Positions 14,098 to 26,134 of a stretch of 64,000 bases of DNA are shown piece by piece. Source of the stretch: Lytechinus pictus (lineage: Eukaryota); the NCBI RefSeq assembly GCF_037042905.1, contig NC_087252.1, positions 13,642,001 through 13,706,000 of the forward strand, given 5' to 3'. The position numbers and the translations under genes are program-made. Under the pieces are notes generated by a model. That model was not told the origin of the DNA, made no database searches, and saw nothing but the letters and a program-made list of their open reading frames with translations. The number at the start of each line of letters is the position of its first letter. Position 1 is the stretch's first letter.

Positions 14098-15551
14098 AAT
14101 TTTTCAATTAAAAAGGTAAAATCAAAACAAAACATGAAATAAGGAAGCTTTCCTCAAACATATACATTTACATGTTTTAAAATTGTTTTTATTTTTCTGT
14201 TTATAATCTCCAGCATACACTGTAATATATATTTCCAAACAATTGGAAATAAAAGTAACAATAACAATAAGAAAATATCACAGGTGAAGGTGCGTTATTC
14301 ATCAGGTATGATTTCTAAATACCTGGCAACTGCCTGTTTGTAAATTGCATTTTTCTCCTGAACAAAAAAAAATATACAAAAAAATAAATCATGAGAAAAA
14401 AAATCAGAACACAGATAATAAAGCCATATCATTAAGCAGGTGAACATGACATCCAACTCAATTGCTGAAGTAACGGGTCGATATTAAAGGAAATGTAAAA
14501 CAAAAATTCAAGTGGTAATAAGTGATTGTCCATTTGAAAGATAGCAACTAAGATCCCCCCCAAAAAAAATATTTAAATCAATCAATCAATGAAGAATACA
14601 TAAATCAATAACGAGAAAATTACATTTATTAACAATGGCAATAACAATGATAATAATAAAACAATAAGAATAATAATGATATTAACAAAAAAATAAAAAA
14701 TAATAAATTTGAATAATAAAGTAATAATCAAATATACAAATGATCATGATAATGATAAAAAAATAATCAAATAATTGAACAATAAAATAATAAATTGAAC
14801 AATAAACAATTGAATCATTTAATTCATAAAATTCTAGCTTCTTGATTTATGCAACTCCCAATGATAATTCAGAATTTGGTCCTCATTTTCAAAGAAGAAT
14901 CTGAAGGCATCGTAATACCTTTCCACCTTATTGACGGATTTACAGAGAAATAATGGCAATATAATATATCCTGTAAAGAAATGGAGATTAAATGATTTAA
15001 AAGGCCAATAGATTTCCCTAAATCTTTTAAAAGGATTGGTTAGTGAAGACAGGAAGACTAGTCTATCCCTTCAGACACAGTGCTATGGTATCCATGTATC
15101 TTGAATCCAATTCCAAACACATCTCTTGCAAAACAAACCTTCCTAAAAACCCCACAATGATTTGTTGCCCAAGCAGCTATAAGCATTAACACACATTGTT
15201 GCAACCTATGGTGCCATATGAGAATTGATATATAGTCTGAAAATCAACTAAAATAACCCATTCCTACATGGAAAAGGTTTTTTCTATGGCCGAAAAATGT
15301 GTTGAAATAAGTCTTTAGTAATACACTCTCAGACTTTAGTAATACACTCTTACTTCGGTAATAATCTCTGTAATACTAATTTGACACAAACCCTGATTGA
15401 ACTTTGTCAACAAGTGGGTATTCACACAAGACTAGCACATATAAAACTTGCTGTTTCAATTTCAGGGCCTTCAGTACACAAGCCATTGTGGGCTCGATAT
15501 TCAGACCCTTATTAAACCTGAGTGAAGGGTTTGCACAGTAGGCTACTTTAA

Positions 15552-16307
15552 CCCTAAAAAGACTGGGGGGGGGGGGGGCTGATTCAGCCCCCCCTCCACA
15601 TTTTTCGCAATAAATCTGTAACGCAAAAAGCTGGCGCCGCGCCATTCCATGACTTTTTTCTTTCAAGTCTTGCGCAACTTTTGAGACCAAATTTGCGACG
15701 CCTGGGTACGTGGTTCCGAAATTACGCAACATTTTGTAAGTGCATGTCGATCCGAAATTGCTCAAAAACGTGAATTTGTGTACAAATCCAATGCAAATTG
15801 TGTTTTTAGCCAAAATTCATAAATGTATCATTATTTTCAATTTTACTAATCAAACTCAATTAATTTCATCTTGTTTATGGTCAGAATAAAGTAGCGGACG
15901 ATTTCCATTGAAAAAGCAATAAAAAACAAAAAGTGGAAAAACAATGAAATACATAAGAAATTTTAAAAACAATAAAATACATAAGAAAAGAATTGTGACA
16001 TTGAATTTTTTTAAGCGTACACTTGATCAGAATCCTACAAAGAGTCGGTGAATAAAAAATTAGCAGATTAGAGGCCTTATTTAATTAATTAGAGCAAATC
16101 TTTTATTTTACGCATAAATTAGCATAATTAATGAATTGAGATTTTTCAGAAAATTTGATCATACAGTCTTGGAGATTATGCCATGGGTAACGCACGTGCC
16201 AATTTTCGTCCCGATCGCGCGGTCGACGGCCGAGATCATAGGGGGGGGGGGCTGAATCAGCCCCCCCCAGTCTTCTTAGGCATCAAAATAGCCCAGTCTA
16301 TTTAGGG
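15552..16307. mobile_element. Non-autonomous piggyBac-like element
   Basis: TTAA|CCCTAAA...TTTAGGG|TTAA; subterminal GACTGGG repeats; related fragment near 18000-18290. Confidence 0.85.
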
Positions 16308-17018
16308 TTAACACATAATTTGAGAGATTTACTTCTTTTCTCTCTCTTACAGAAACTTTCTCATATCTCCATCAAAAATATATATATTCTTCTTCTCCAA
16401 TACACTTACAATCAACTCACTGTACTATCTTTTAATATTGCATCTCCATAATGGCAAATAGAAACTGGAATTATGACTGCCTTGCAGGCCATGGCCAAGA
16501 ATACAAGAAAAGAGTTTATGGATAATCAAGAGATTATAAGTATCAATTCATAAAGAAATGTTCATGTACCCTAAATGAGGTTATATGTCAAAATAATAAA
16601 TTGATTTCTTGACAGAGCAAATTGACTATAAATATTTGACAGTTTCAGAACAAATTTAATTCACCTCAATTCGATTCAATATTTACTGAAATTTAACTGC
16701 AGAGCAATGTCATACTGTTTTCTGCAGTAAAGTAGAAATCTGTCTAAGAATAATTGAAATATGACTTGATACTATGGCCATGGAAAGCAAGGAATCTGTC
16801 ATTTTTTCTTAAGAAAGTAAACAAATGAATAGTTTCTTTTCTTATCAAGAATGTCACAAAAAAAAGACTTAAGTTGACAAGCAATAGACATCATACCCCT
16901 AAACATACATGTATGACTTGGATACTAAATTTAAGACTGCCTCATGTTGACCTAAGGCTGACCTCACCAATGCCAAGAGAAGAATTACAGAATTCAGTAG
17001 TAAATGGGATCAATATGA

Positions 17019-17147
17019 CTAGGCCTTGAGGAGAGCATTGACCACGGCCTGGACGTTGAGGTTACGGAGATCACGGTAGGTCTGTCCAGTTCCCACAAAG
17101 ACAATCGGCTGACCGGTGGTGTAGGTCATTGAGATGGCCGCTCCAAC
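17019..17147 (-). CDS. SRPRA: SRP receptor alpha, last exon 14 ([27 protein letters not shown]...ALLKA*)
   Basis: G5 motif GTGQ; TAG at 17021-17019; the 14 exons sum to 1932 bp = 643 aa. Confidence 0.97.
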   Translation of the reverse strand, partial: VGAAISMTYTTGQPIVFVGTGQTYRDLRNLNVQAVVNALLKA

Positions 17148-17750
17148 CTGGCAAGTGGACAAGAACAGTATAATGGTCAAGGTGGTGAGATCAATAGCTG
17201 AAATTGCAAAAGCTCCTATACTTTGTACAAAGTACACAATAAGTTAAACAAATAAGCTGAAAATAAGGTACAAATAAAAACACAAAATATCAGAAATCAG
17301 CAAAAAAAAAAAAAAAAAAACACCCCTGCGAGACGGACATTAGTAAAATGAGGATATTATTATCATTAATATTATCATTATTACTATTATCATTTTTCAT
17401 CATTATTACTATTATAATTATCATCATAATTATTATCATTGCTGTCGTTGTTATTATCATCATTATTATTATTATGGTCAGGCAATTCCATAAGATACAA
17501 TGTATGTGTGTTCATGTCTCTGTAGACTAGTTCACATGAAAAGTTGTAATACTCTCAAATTATCATGAGTAGGGTCAGCTAAAGGAGTGACGTAAGAACG
17601 TCACCCATCCTTCTGGTAGCATAAGCCATTCAAAGATGGCATTTATCCCAAATTAGAGATAGAAAAATCTCGTTGCTCATGCAATAACATACATTGTGAA
17701 CATTCATCATCACACCCCCATTTCAGATGGTAAAATGGAACGTTCCAAAC

Positions 17751-17927
17751 CTTATCATCAATGGTGTCAAACTTGGTGAGGACTATTCCATCGATGAGGC
17801 GGGGGTCATCAGAGTCAGAGAAATCAGCTAGAGCACGGTTGAACTTGGTGAGCTGATCAACGGCTTCATTGCCAACGAGGGCTTCACCGACAAACAGAAC
17901 CAGGTCAGGACGATTCACCTTGATCAA
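17751..17927 (-). CDS. SRPRA: SRP receptor alpha, exon 13 ([26 protein letters not shown]...[13 protein letters not shown])
   Basis: G4 motif TKFD; canonical splice sites; 177 bp. Confidence 0.97.
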
Positions 17928-18508
17928 CTGAATTTTGGACAGACACAGAATTCTTCACATTATTTTCAGGATTTATGATTGCACTCTTGTCTCGTCTTAA
18001 CCATAAAAAGACCCCCTAATATTTTTTTGCGATATACCTTTATTACGTTAAAGGTTTGTGCCACTTCATTTGAAATCATTTTTCTTTGAAATCTTATGCA
18101 ACTTTAGACACCAAATTTGTGACCCCCAGGTAAGCCGTTCCGATACTACGCAGTTAAGATACTATGAACATTGTGTACATGCATGTCATACCATGAATTG
18201 CTCAAAATTGTAATTTCATGTACGCAAATCCAATGTGAAGACTGTTTCTAGCCAAACTTCATAACTGCATCATTCTTTTGAGTTTTACAGATTGAAATAC
18301 ATTATTTTCTGGATGTTTGTGATCAGAAAAAGCATGGACAATGATATTCCTAGAAAAAAACAAGGGCAAATTAGCATGAATGTGGAAAGAGATGGCAAAA
18401 ATCATTACGTCAAACCCCCGTTTGGAGAAAGACCGCAGTTCAGATTGCAAACTGCGGTTCTATACCCCATTTTGCGTTTGTAAATCCCAAAATCATTTCC
18501 AAGCCCAG

Positions 18509-18668
18509 GGGGCCGTTTCATAAAGCTGCTCGTAAGTTAAGAGCGACTTTAAGAACGACTGGTGATCCTTTCTCGCGCGCTAGATCTTCGCCAATGGTGT
18601 GTACCATTTACCGCAAGACAGGATCACCAGTCGCTCTTTATTTACGAACAGCTTTATGAAACACCCGC
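18509..18668. mobile_element. PIF/Harbinger-like MITE (further copies at 32410-32580 and 57935-58105)
   Basis: Palindromic ~165-bp element GGGGCCGTTTCATAAAGCTG...CAGCTTTATGAAAC flanked by CWG trinucleotides. Confidence 0.8.
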
Positions 18669-19121
18669 CTGATCAATCCCGCTAGGCCAGGTAATCCCCG
18701 CTGTCTCAATTTTACCTCCACAGGCCAGATTATGAGCGTTGAGCCAAGGACGAAATGATAAACAACAGCTGTGCTATTACGTAAGACTTCTCTGCCTGTA
18801 GTAGGACCTTCGGAATGAAACTATTGTATTCGATATTTAATCACGTTTTCAAATGCATATTGTATTCAGAAATCCAATGTTAGTCCATTTTCAAGTTCGA
18901 ACGAAGAAAATCGACCTCGAAATAAGGAAAGTAAGTGAATTAAAATGACGGCATGCTTTGCTCGGGCTGTTGTGTTATCTTCGGACCGAGGTCAAGAAAC
19001 AGGTGTTTTGATACTTAAATTGCTTGCTTGGGGCAGTTATGGTTTGTCGTACTTGGAGAAGAGAATTGATTGAGGGAAACTGGGGTATAGTGTTTTCAAA
19101 TGAAAGGTTTTCGTCATGTAT

Positions 19122-20225
19122 ACAAGTGGAATGCCTCTGGCCGTCTCACCTGCATCACGCGATTCAATATAGCAGCAGTGCTGATTTTGAAAACTACTAT
19201 AACTCGCACAAGATGTTCAGTGATACTTGGTTACTCTTATTTCCACGTTTTATGAACTAGACCCATACACTTATAGAGATATGATGGTAATTCAACAAAT
19301 ACCCCCAACGTGGCCAAAGTTCATTGACCTTACATGACCTTTGACCTTGATCATGTGACCTGAAACTCGCACAGGATGTTCAGTGATACTTGATTACTCT
19401 TATGTCCAAGTTTCAAGAGAAAGATCCATCAACTTTCCAAGTTATGATGGTAATTCAACAGATACCCCCATTATGGCCAAAGTTCATTGACCTTTGACCT
19501 TGGTCATGTGACCTAAAATGCGCAAAGGATGTTCAGTGATACTTCATTACTCTTATGTCCAAGTTTTATGAACTAGACCAACACACTTTCAAAGTTATGG
19601 CGGTAATTCAACAAATACCCCAATTTGACCAAAGTTCATTGACCCTAAATGACCTTTGACCTTGATCATGTGACCTGAAACTTGCACAGGATGTTCAGTA
19701 ATACTTGATTACTATTATGTCCAAGTTTCATGAATCAGATCCATAAACTTTTAAAGTTATGATGGTAAATCTACAGATACCCCCAATTCGGCCAAAGTTC
19801 ATTGACCCTAAATGACCATTGACCTTGGTCATGTGACGTGAAACTCATGCAGGATGTTCAGTGATACTTGATTAACCTTATGTATAAGTTTCATGAACTA
19901 GGTCCATATATTTTCTAAGTTATGATGACATTTCAAAAACTTAACCTTAGGTTAAGATTTTGATGTTGATTCCCCCAACATGGTCTAAGTTCATTGACCC
20001 TAAATGACCATTGACCATGGTCATGTGACATGAAACTCAGGCAGGATGTTCAGTAATACTTGATTAACCTTATGGCCAAGTTTCATGAACTAGGTCCATA
20101 TACTTTCTAAGTTATGCTGTCATTTCAAAAACTTAACCTCAGGTTAAGATTTGGTGTTGACGCCGCCGCCGCCGTCGGAAAAGCGGCGCCTATAGTCTCA
20201 CTCTGCTATGCAGGTGAGACAAAAA
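19122..20225 (+). mobile_element. Helentron/HINE-like non-autonomous element with internal ~160-bp tandem repeats
   Basis: Sub-terminal inverted repeat GTCTCACCTGCA near the 5' end; 3' hairpin GTCTCAC...GTGAGAC; six GATGTTCAGT(G/A)ATACTT-anchored units spaced 153-192 bp. Confidence 0.65.
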
Positions 20226-20348
20226 TGAAACAGATCAACAGATGTTTTGTTTAACAATTAAAAGTTCACACAACCCTTGAACTGGACATACATGCAAGTC
20301 CTTTGTTACAATATAATATGCCAACTTTTCACTTTGAGCACCAAATCC

Positions 20349-20560
20349 TTTGAAAATGCAAGTCAAATCACAATGGAGAGCTGAGAGGCTTTTGTCGAAA
20401 GTTGGTGGACCAGGACAGCGTCGGAATCTCTCGACTCTGGACGACAAAATATTTGTAATTGTTTGTCCGGTGCAAATTTTGGATGATCTGCTGTCTCAGT
20501 CCACCAACTTTGAACAAAAGCCTCTCAGCTCTCCATTGTGATATTAATTGCATTTTCAAA
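20349..20560. mobile_element. Fold-back MITE
   Basis: ~70-bp inverted arms (TTGAAAATGCAA...CACAATGGAGAGCTGAGAGGCTTTTGT and its reverse complement). Confidence 0.7.
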
Positions 20561-21037
20561 CGAATCGATGCGTTGTAGAGAGTGTCTCCGTAGTAAATGC
20601 GAAAACTCCTTGTCAAGCACCAATAAGCCAACATAATCATAAATATAAACCAGCTAATAGGAAGAACCTCTCGACAGAATTTTCAATTCTTTTAAGTAAT
20701 CCCCAGGCATTGGCTGGTGCTCAATTTTATATTTCTCTTGTAATGTTTCTATTGTATCTGTCATATTTGTAATTATCATGCCTGGAAATCAAATAAATAG
20801 ATTTTTAAAAATATGAAGAATCCTAAAAGGGTAATTCCATAAAATGTCCGACCCCCTATATATGGGACCTTCACAAAATTTTCTGTCTCTGATTTCTGGT
20901 TCTTTTGACAGTCTGTAATATTCTCAAAGCACCATGACTTGGTCAGTTTATGAAAATAAGTAAAATTTGAGAAAAATGGGGGTCGGACATACAAAAAGGT
21001 TGATCATTTTATGGAATTGCCCAAAACAAAAGCTTAC

Positions 21038-21123
21038 TTTGGAGAGCGCCCTCATGAGTGGTTCATTATCCTGCATTCGACCAGCAGTGTCTATCAACAC
21101 CACATCAAAACGATAATCTCGGG
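21038..21123 (-). CDS. SRPRA: SRP receptor alpha, exon 12 ([29 protein letters not shown])
   Basis: G3 motif DTAGR; canonical splice sites. Confidence 0.97.
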
Positions 21124-21398
21124 CTGCAACACATTGATAAAGGAGAGAAAAAGGCATGGAAAATGAACAAACGATAATAATAAAAAATAGACATAATAAT
21201 AACAATAACAATAATAATATTAATAATAATAATAAAGACGTATTGTAAAATATTGGCGAAAGATTTAAAATAATATTTCAGCGAATCGTTAAATCATTTT
21301 TTAATGATAAAAAAAAGTAATAAAATACTGTATTATCACTCTTTTCAATGCCCAAATCTGGGCAACACTATAAGTATATAAACTGCAAGGAAACTCAC

Positions 21399-21612
21399 CA
21401 AACTTGATGGCTTCCATGGCGATACCTGCTGCGTCCTTGCCGTATCCCTTCTCATAGAGCTGAACCGCAGCGTGACCCCCGTGCTTCTCGGCAGGGTGAA
21501 GCGCATTGAGATGGCGCATGTGGGTGCGAAGCTGCTCAACAGCACCGGCTCGGAAGGTATCGCAGGCGGCAATCAGCACTCGGAAACCATTCTCAATCAA
21601 CCAAAAACAGAT
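21399..21612 (-). CDS. SRPRA: SRP receptor alpha, exon 11 (ICFWLIENGFRVLIAACDTFRAGAVEQL...YEKGYGKDAA)
   Basis: DTFRAGA motif of SRP GTPases; canonical splice sites. Confidence 0.97.
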
Positions 21613-21825
21613 CTATTCAATAGAAACAAAATCAGAACATACATATTGAACCAGAATTGTATACCAAATTAGGTTGCTGCCACATGCATAATATTCAGGA
21701 TCGCACGTTTGTAAAATCTGCCCCCCTTCCACCATATATAGCGTAGCCAACAAAGTCCAGCCTGAATAGGATTAACTGGAATATCTTCATGATTTCCTAC
21801 ATACAAATGTAAATAGTACAAATAC

Positions 21826-22230
21826 CAGGGTTCCCAGCTTTTCAAGAAAACGAAATTCCCTGATTTTTCCCTGATGAAGTTTAAAAATTCCCTGATAATT
21901 ATTTAAACCCATTCCCAGTTTTGCATGTTTTCTAAGTTGTTGCAGTGAATTACATGTATTTTCGCTATAAAAACAATAATGTAAAACTAATTAGTACCAT
22001 CATAACCAGTCATTCAATGGATGTTGTTTTGATAAGCAACAAAAATATAACAGAGTCTGACTGACTACTGTGCTTTCGACTTTACGGATGATCAAAATTT
22101 CCTGATTTTTCCCTCACTTGAGGCATTTTTCCATGATTTGAGGTATTCTTCATCAAATTCCCTGATTTTTCCCTGACTGGAAAAAAGTAAAATAATTTTC
22201 ACTGATTTCCCAGATGGGCTGGGAACCCTG
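21826..22230. mobile_element. MITE with CAGGGTTCCCAGC TIR and 5-bp TSD (second copy 24944-25315)
   Basis: TSD AATAC at 21821-21825 and 22231-22235; second copy flanked by TATAA on both sides. Confidence 0.85.
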
Positions 22231-22451
22231 AATACAAATAGTATAATTAAAACTTTTTTTGACTAATAAACATACATATAGATACAATATTCTAGACTAA
22301 GTGACGGATGACTTGCTTGATGCCTGCCAATTTTTACCCTGCGTAAACCACGTAAACTAAGGTAGAGATATCATGGGGGTTGATTCAACCCCCTTCTGCT
22401 GTGAGATGGCTCCGAAAAGCCCAGAAAGAAACATAATGATCTTAAAACTAC

Positions 22452-22624
22452 CTTGGCTAGGTTGGTAGATTTGCCCACACCATTCACCCCGCAGAACGTG
22501 ATGGAAAACGGCTTGTTATGGGCCTTGGAATCTAGGGCATCTCGGAGGATGTCTACGCGTCGTCTTGGTGACAGGATCTGGACCAATGACTCCTGTAGGG
22601 CTTCCTTTACTACCGATGTTACTC
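22452..22624 (-). CDS. SRPRA: SRP receptor alpha, exon 10 with P-loop (GVNGVGKSTNLAK)
   Basis: SRP GTPase G1 motif GVNGVGKS; canonical splice sites. Confidence 0.97.
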
Positions 22625-23216
22625 CTGGAGAATAAGAGAGAGAGAAAAACAGAAGCAAAACCATGAAATAATACAGGCACTGATTTCACACTTGAAAACA
22701 GATTTGCAGCTGTCGGGAAAGTGTTGCCTATAGTCTCGAGGCGAGACAATAAAATGACGAAGAGGAGCATCTTTCAGAGAGAAAATACAATACCATTAGC
22801 AAAAAAATTTTACACTACATGTAAATGATAATATATATTATACAAGCTTCATTTCCCCCATGGAAAACCAAAACATTAGTTACTTTGAGTTGGAGGATAA
22901 CAGAATAATTTATATAATAATATATAATATATATTATACGAGCTTCATTTCCCCCATGGAAAACCAAAACATTAGTTACTTTGAGTTGGAGGATAACAGA
23001 ATAATTTATCAAGGTAGAAATAATACCTGGGGAAAGTTTGCCCACCAATTTTGTAGGAAGAATAAAATATTCTAGAATTTTACCAACTGGAATGATTTTA
23101 CCATAACAGGAATTTCTGTACCAAGTACTGACATCTGTCTGGACTGACACATGCAGCCAGTCTTCAATTAAATACAGAGGAAGACATGTTTTTTGCTTCA
23201 TCCATGCATTACTTAC

Positions 23217-23303
23217 TTTCAAAAGTTCCCAAGACTTTGCCTTCCAACTTTGTTGCCACAGACTCACACAGCTTTTCAGCAATGTCCCTAGCAACGTTCT
23301 TAG
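23217..23303 (-). CDS. SRPRA: SRP receptor alpha, exon 9 (AKNVARDIAEKLCESVATKLEGKVLGTFE)
   Basis: Conserved AKNVA.DIA..LCESVA.KLEGKV; canonical splice sites; 87 bp. Confidence 0.94.
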
Positions 23304-23727
23304 CTGAAAAAAAAAAAAACAAATTCAAATTCGTAGTGCATAACATAGCAGAAGCGCAAGAAGCCAAAAGTTTTGAGGGGCCAGACATGGTGTATGGGGC
23401 AAGTGAAGAAAGTTAGCAACCAAGCAAATATTCTTACCTTTACAATACAAAATTTTAATTTTGCGATAGATTTGACATAATACTCTGAAAATAATATCAC
23501 ATTTCACCCCTATATCTTTCATTTTCCTTTTCTCCCTTTTTTTTGGTCATGATTTTCTTTTTGGGGGGGTCCTACTTTAATAAGTGTCTTGATTTTTGAT
23601 GGTTTTTCCTTGAAGCTTCACCAATATTTTTTTCATTATTTCTTTCTGGTATTTCTACAACAAACTTTTTATCAGAGTAAACTTCCCCTTTAAACAGCAC
23701 AGCAAAAACTAGCTTAAATATTTATAC

Positions 23728-23852
23728 CTGTCAGGTGATCCCTCATCTTATCAAGGACAGGAGTGAGAGTTTGTTTGTCCAGTGTCTTTGAACCCACCAG
23801 ACCACGGAACATGTTAAACATCCCAAATCGACTACCGGTCTTAGACTGGGCT
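23728..23852 (-). CDS. SRPRA: SRP receptor alpha, exon 8 (AQSKTGSRFGMFNMFRGLVGSKTLDKQTLTPVLDKMRDHLT)
   Basis: Conserved MF.GLVGSK.L....VLDKMRDHL (N domain start); TTTCACAG acceptor, GTATAA donor. Confidence 0.93.
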
Positions 23853-23907
23853 CTGTGAAAATGAAATAAAGAACATTCTTTGAGAGTTAAGCATTGTGAG
23901 AAAAGCA

Positions 23908-23996
23908 ATATTATCATCATCATCATCAACATCACCATCATCATCATCACCATCATCATCATCACCATCATCACCATCATCATCGTCATCATCAAC
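23908..23996 (+). repeat. (ATC/ACC)n microsatellite; similar (ATT/ATC)n tract at 17355-17475
   Basis: Direct trinucleotide repeat. Confidence 0.9.
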
Positions 23997-24256
23997 AGAT
24001 TGTCTAACAAAAAAACATTCCAAAACAACTACCAGTCTTGGACTGGGCTCTGTGAAACAAAACAAAGACTATTCTTTGAGAACTAAAGCACTGTGGGATG
24101 GCAATGTTATTAGACAAGAGTATCATTATCATCATCATTGTTCATGACAATGTCGGATGATCTGAGGAATAGACCATCTGATAGTAGACCTAGTGAGTAC
24201 AAACTGGCAAGAATGCTCCCTAGGCAGTGAAAATAGTCATTCAATGACAGACTTAC

Positions 24257-24381
24257 TTTGGTTTGCTGGCTGTCTGAATCTCTTCCTCTTCCTCCTCCTC
24301 TTCTTCCTCTTCCTCGCCTTCCCCTTCATTCAGTCCATCGATGTTTGGCAGCTCTCCTTTCATCGTGCCAACCCAGGCAGA
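24257..24381 (-). CDS. SRPRA: SRP receptor alpha, exon 7 (SAWVGTMKGELPNIDGLNEGEG-polyE-IQTASKPK)
   Basis: G.M.G.L motif plus acidic tract; the acceptor is the less common AAG; GTAAGT donor; phase 0 to 2 fits. Confidence 0.8.
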
Positions 24382-25379
24382 CTTGATACATAAGAAATGG
24401 GAAATAAAGGTAAATAGAATGACAATGGTAATTTGGTCCAAAAGGGCTTAGACTTAATCAAAGATTCTGAAGATGCCCTGGAGGAAACGTCAGCAGGGTT
24501 TATCACATTAGTGTAGAGCTACATGTACAATTCTCCTTATCACATATAGCTAATACTCAGCGTTATCACCTATTGATAGCGAAAATTTCCTTTCAAGTAC
24601 CTGTATGTGCTGTGAGAGGTAATTCCCATTGTTTCCCATTTGGTAACACCATACTTTTTAAAAATCCTCCAAGTTGTTGAACTGTCAAACATTCTGTAGA
24701 GCAGGAGAAATCAGCCAAGCTAGCTAGCAGTAGAAGTGGTAGCATTGATCAGCTGCTGCGCTAACTGCAACCTGAAGTGCATGCCCCAACAAATCACCAC
24801 AGATTTTGATATGGATAACTGACGTTACCCAGTATTGATTTCATGCGATTATGAAAAATGACAGGTGCAATATTCTGCAATTTCACTTTTTTTTTCTCTT
24901 TTAATAGCATAATGTTTTAAAACGAAACACTTGGTCATTATAACAGGGTTCCCAGCTTTTCAAGAAAACAAAATTCTCTGATTTTTCCCTGATGAATTTA
25001 AAAAAATTCACTGATAATCATTCAAAGTTTCAAACCCATTCCCAGTTTTGTATGTTTTCTAAGTTGTTGCAGTGTATTTTCAGTATAAAAACAATAATGT
25101 AAAATGAATTAGTACCACCATAACCAGTCATTCAATGGATGTTGTTTTGATATGCAACAAAATATAACAGAGTCTGACTTACTACCATGCTCTCGACTTT
25201 TGGGCTGATCAAAATTCTGATTTTTCCCTGATATGAGGTATATTTTAAATCAAATTCCTTGATTTTTCCTGACTGTAAAAAGTAACATAATGTTCCCTGA
25301 TGGGCTGGGAACCCTTATAAACTAATAAGGAAAACTCTTGTATGCTGCTCTGTTGTCACAGGGCCCACAGTTCCTTGGG

Positions 25380-26030
25380 AACTTCTTACTCCAATTGAGT
25401 GCGTCCATATCTCTGTATCTTTTGCAAACACCCCCTCCTTCTATTTCTCTCTCTCTCTCTCTCCCTTACCTCATCCTCTATATCAAACTCCTTATCTCCG
25501 TTCTGATTATCACTTGTTCCATTGGTACTTGGAGGCTTCTCACTCCAATCAAGTGTGTCCATATCTTTAGCAACCCCCCCCCCTCTCTCTCTTCCTCCCC
25601 TCCCTTCTCTATCCTTCCCTTACCTCATCCTCTATATCAAACTCCTTATCTCCATTCTGATTATCACTTGTTCCATTGGTACTTGGAGGCTTCTCACTCC
25701 AATCAAGTGTGTCCATATCTTTAGCACCCCCCCTCTCTCTCTTCCTCCCCTCCCTTCTCTATCCTTCCCTTACCTCATCCTCTATATCAAACTCCTTATC
25801 TCCGTTCTGATTATCACTTGTTCCATTGGTACTTGGAGGCTTCTCACTCCAATCAAGTGTGTCCATATCTTTAGCATCCCCCCTATCTCTCTTCCTCCCC
25901 TCCCTTCTCTATCCTTCCCTTACCTCATCCTCTATATCAAACTCCTTATCTCCGTTCTGATTATCACTTGTTCCATTGGTACTTGGAGGCTTCTCACTCC
26001 AATCCAGTGTGTCCATATCTTTAGCATTTC
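25380..26030 (-). repeat. Tandem ~150-bp repeat made of the SRPRA exon 6 3' half plus donor plus intron start (4 copies plus 1 diverged partial copy)
   Basis: TACCTCATCC donor anchors at 25921, 25771, 25621 and 25467. Confidence 0.92.
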
Positions 26031-26089
26031 CTCCCATTCCCCATGTTGTCGCTACTTTTGGTTTCTTGGTCGGCTTAGAAATCACTTTT
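25924..26089 (-). CDS. SRPRA: SRP receptor alpha, exon 6 (KVISKPTKKPKVATTWGMGGNAKDMDTLDWSEKPP...FDIEDE)
   Basis: KK.K....W..GG....LD[W/Y]S linker motif; TTGCAG acceptor, GAG|GTAAGG donor; phase 2 to 0. Confidence 0.85.
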
Positions 26090-26134
26090 CTGCAATAAAA
26101 AATGGATAATTACATGTTTATACTTCAATATTCT

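Noticed and set aside
23714..24147. Poly-M, poly-D, poly-I and poly-S ORFs
   Set aside because: (ATC)n microsatellite; only 23728-23852 is real exon.
25338..26109. Plus-strand ORFs of 128 and 195 aa with 50-aa repeats
   Set aside because: Antisense reading of the 150-bp SRPRA exon 6 tandem duplication.
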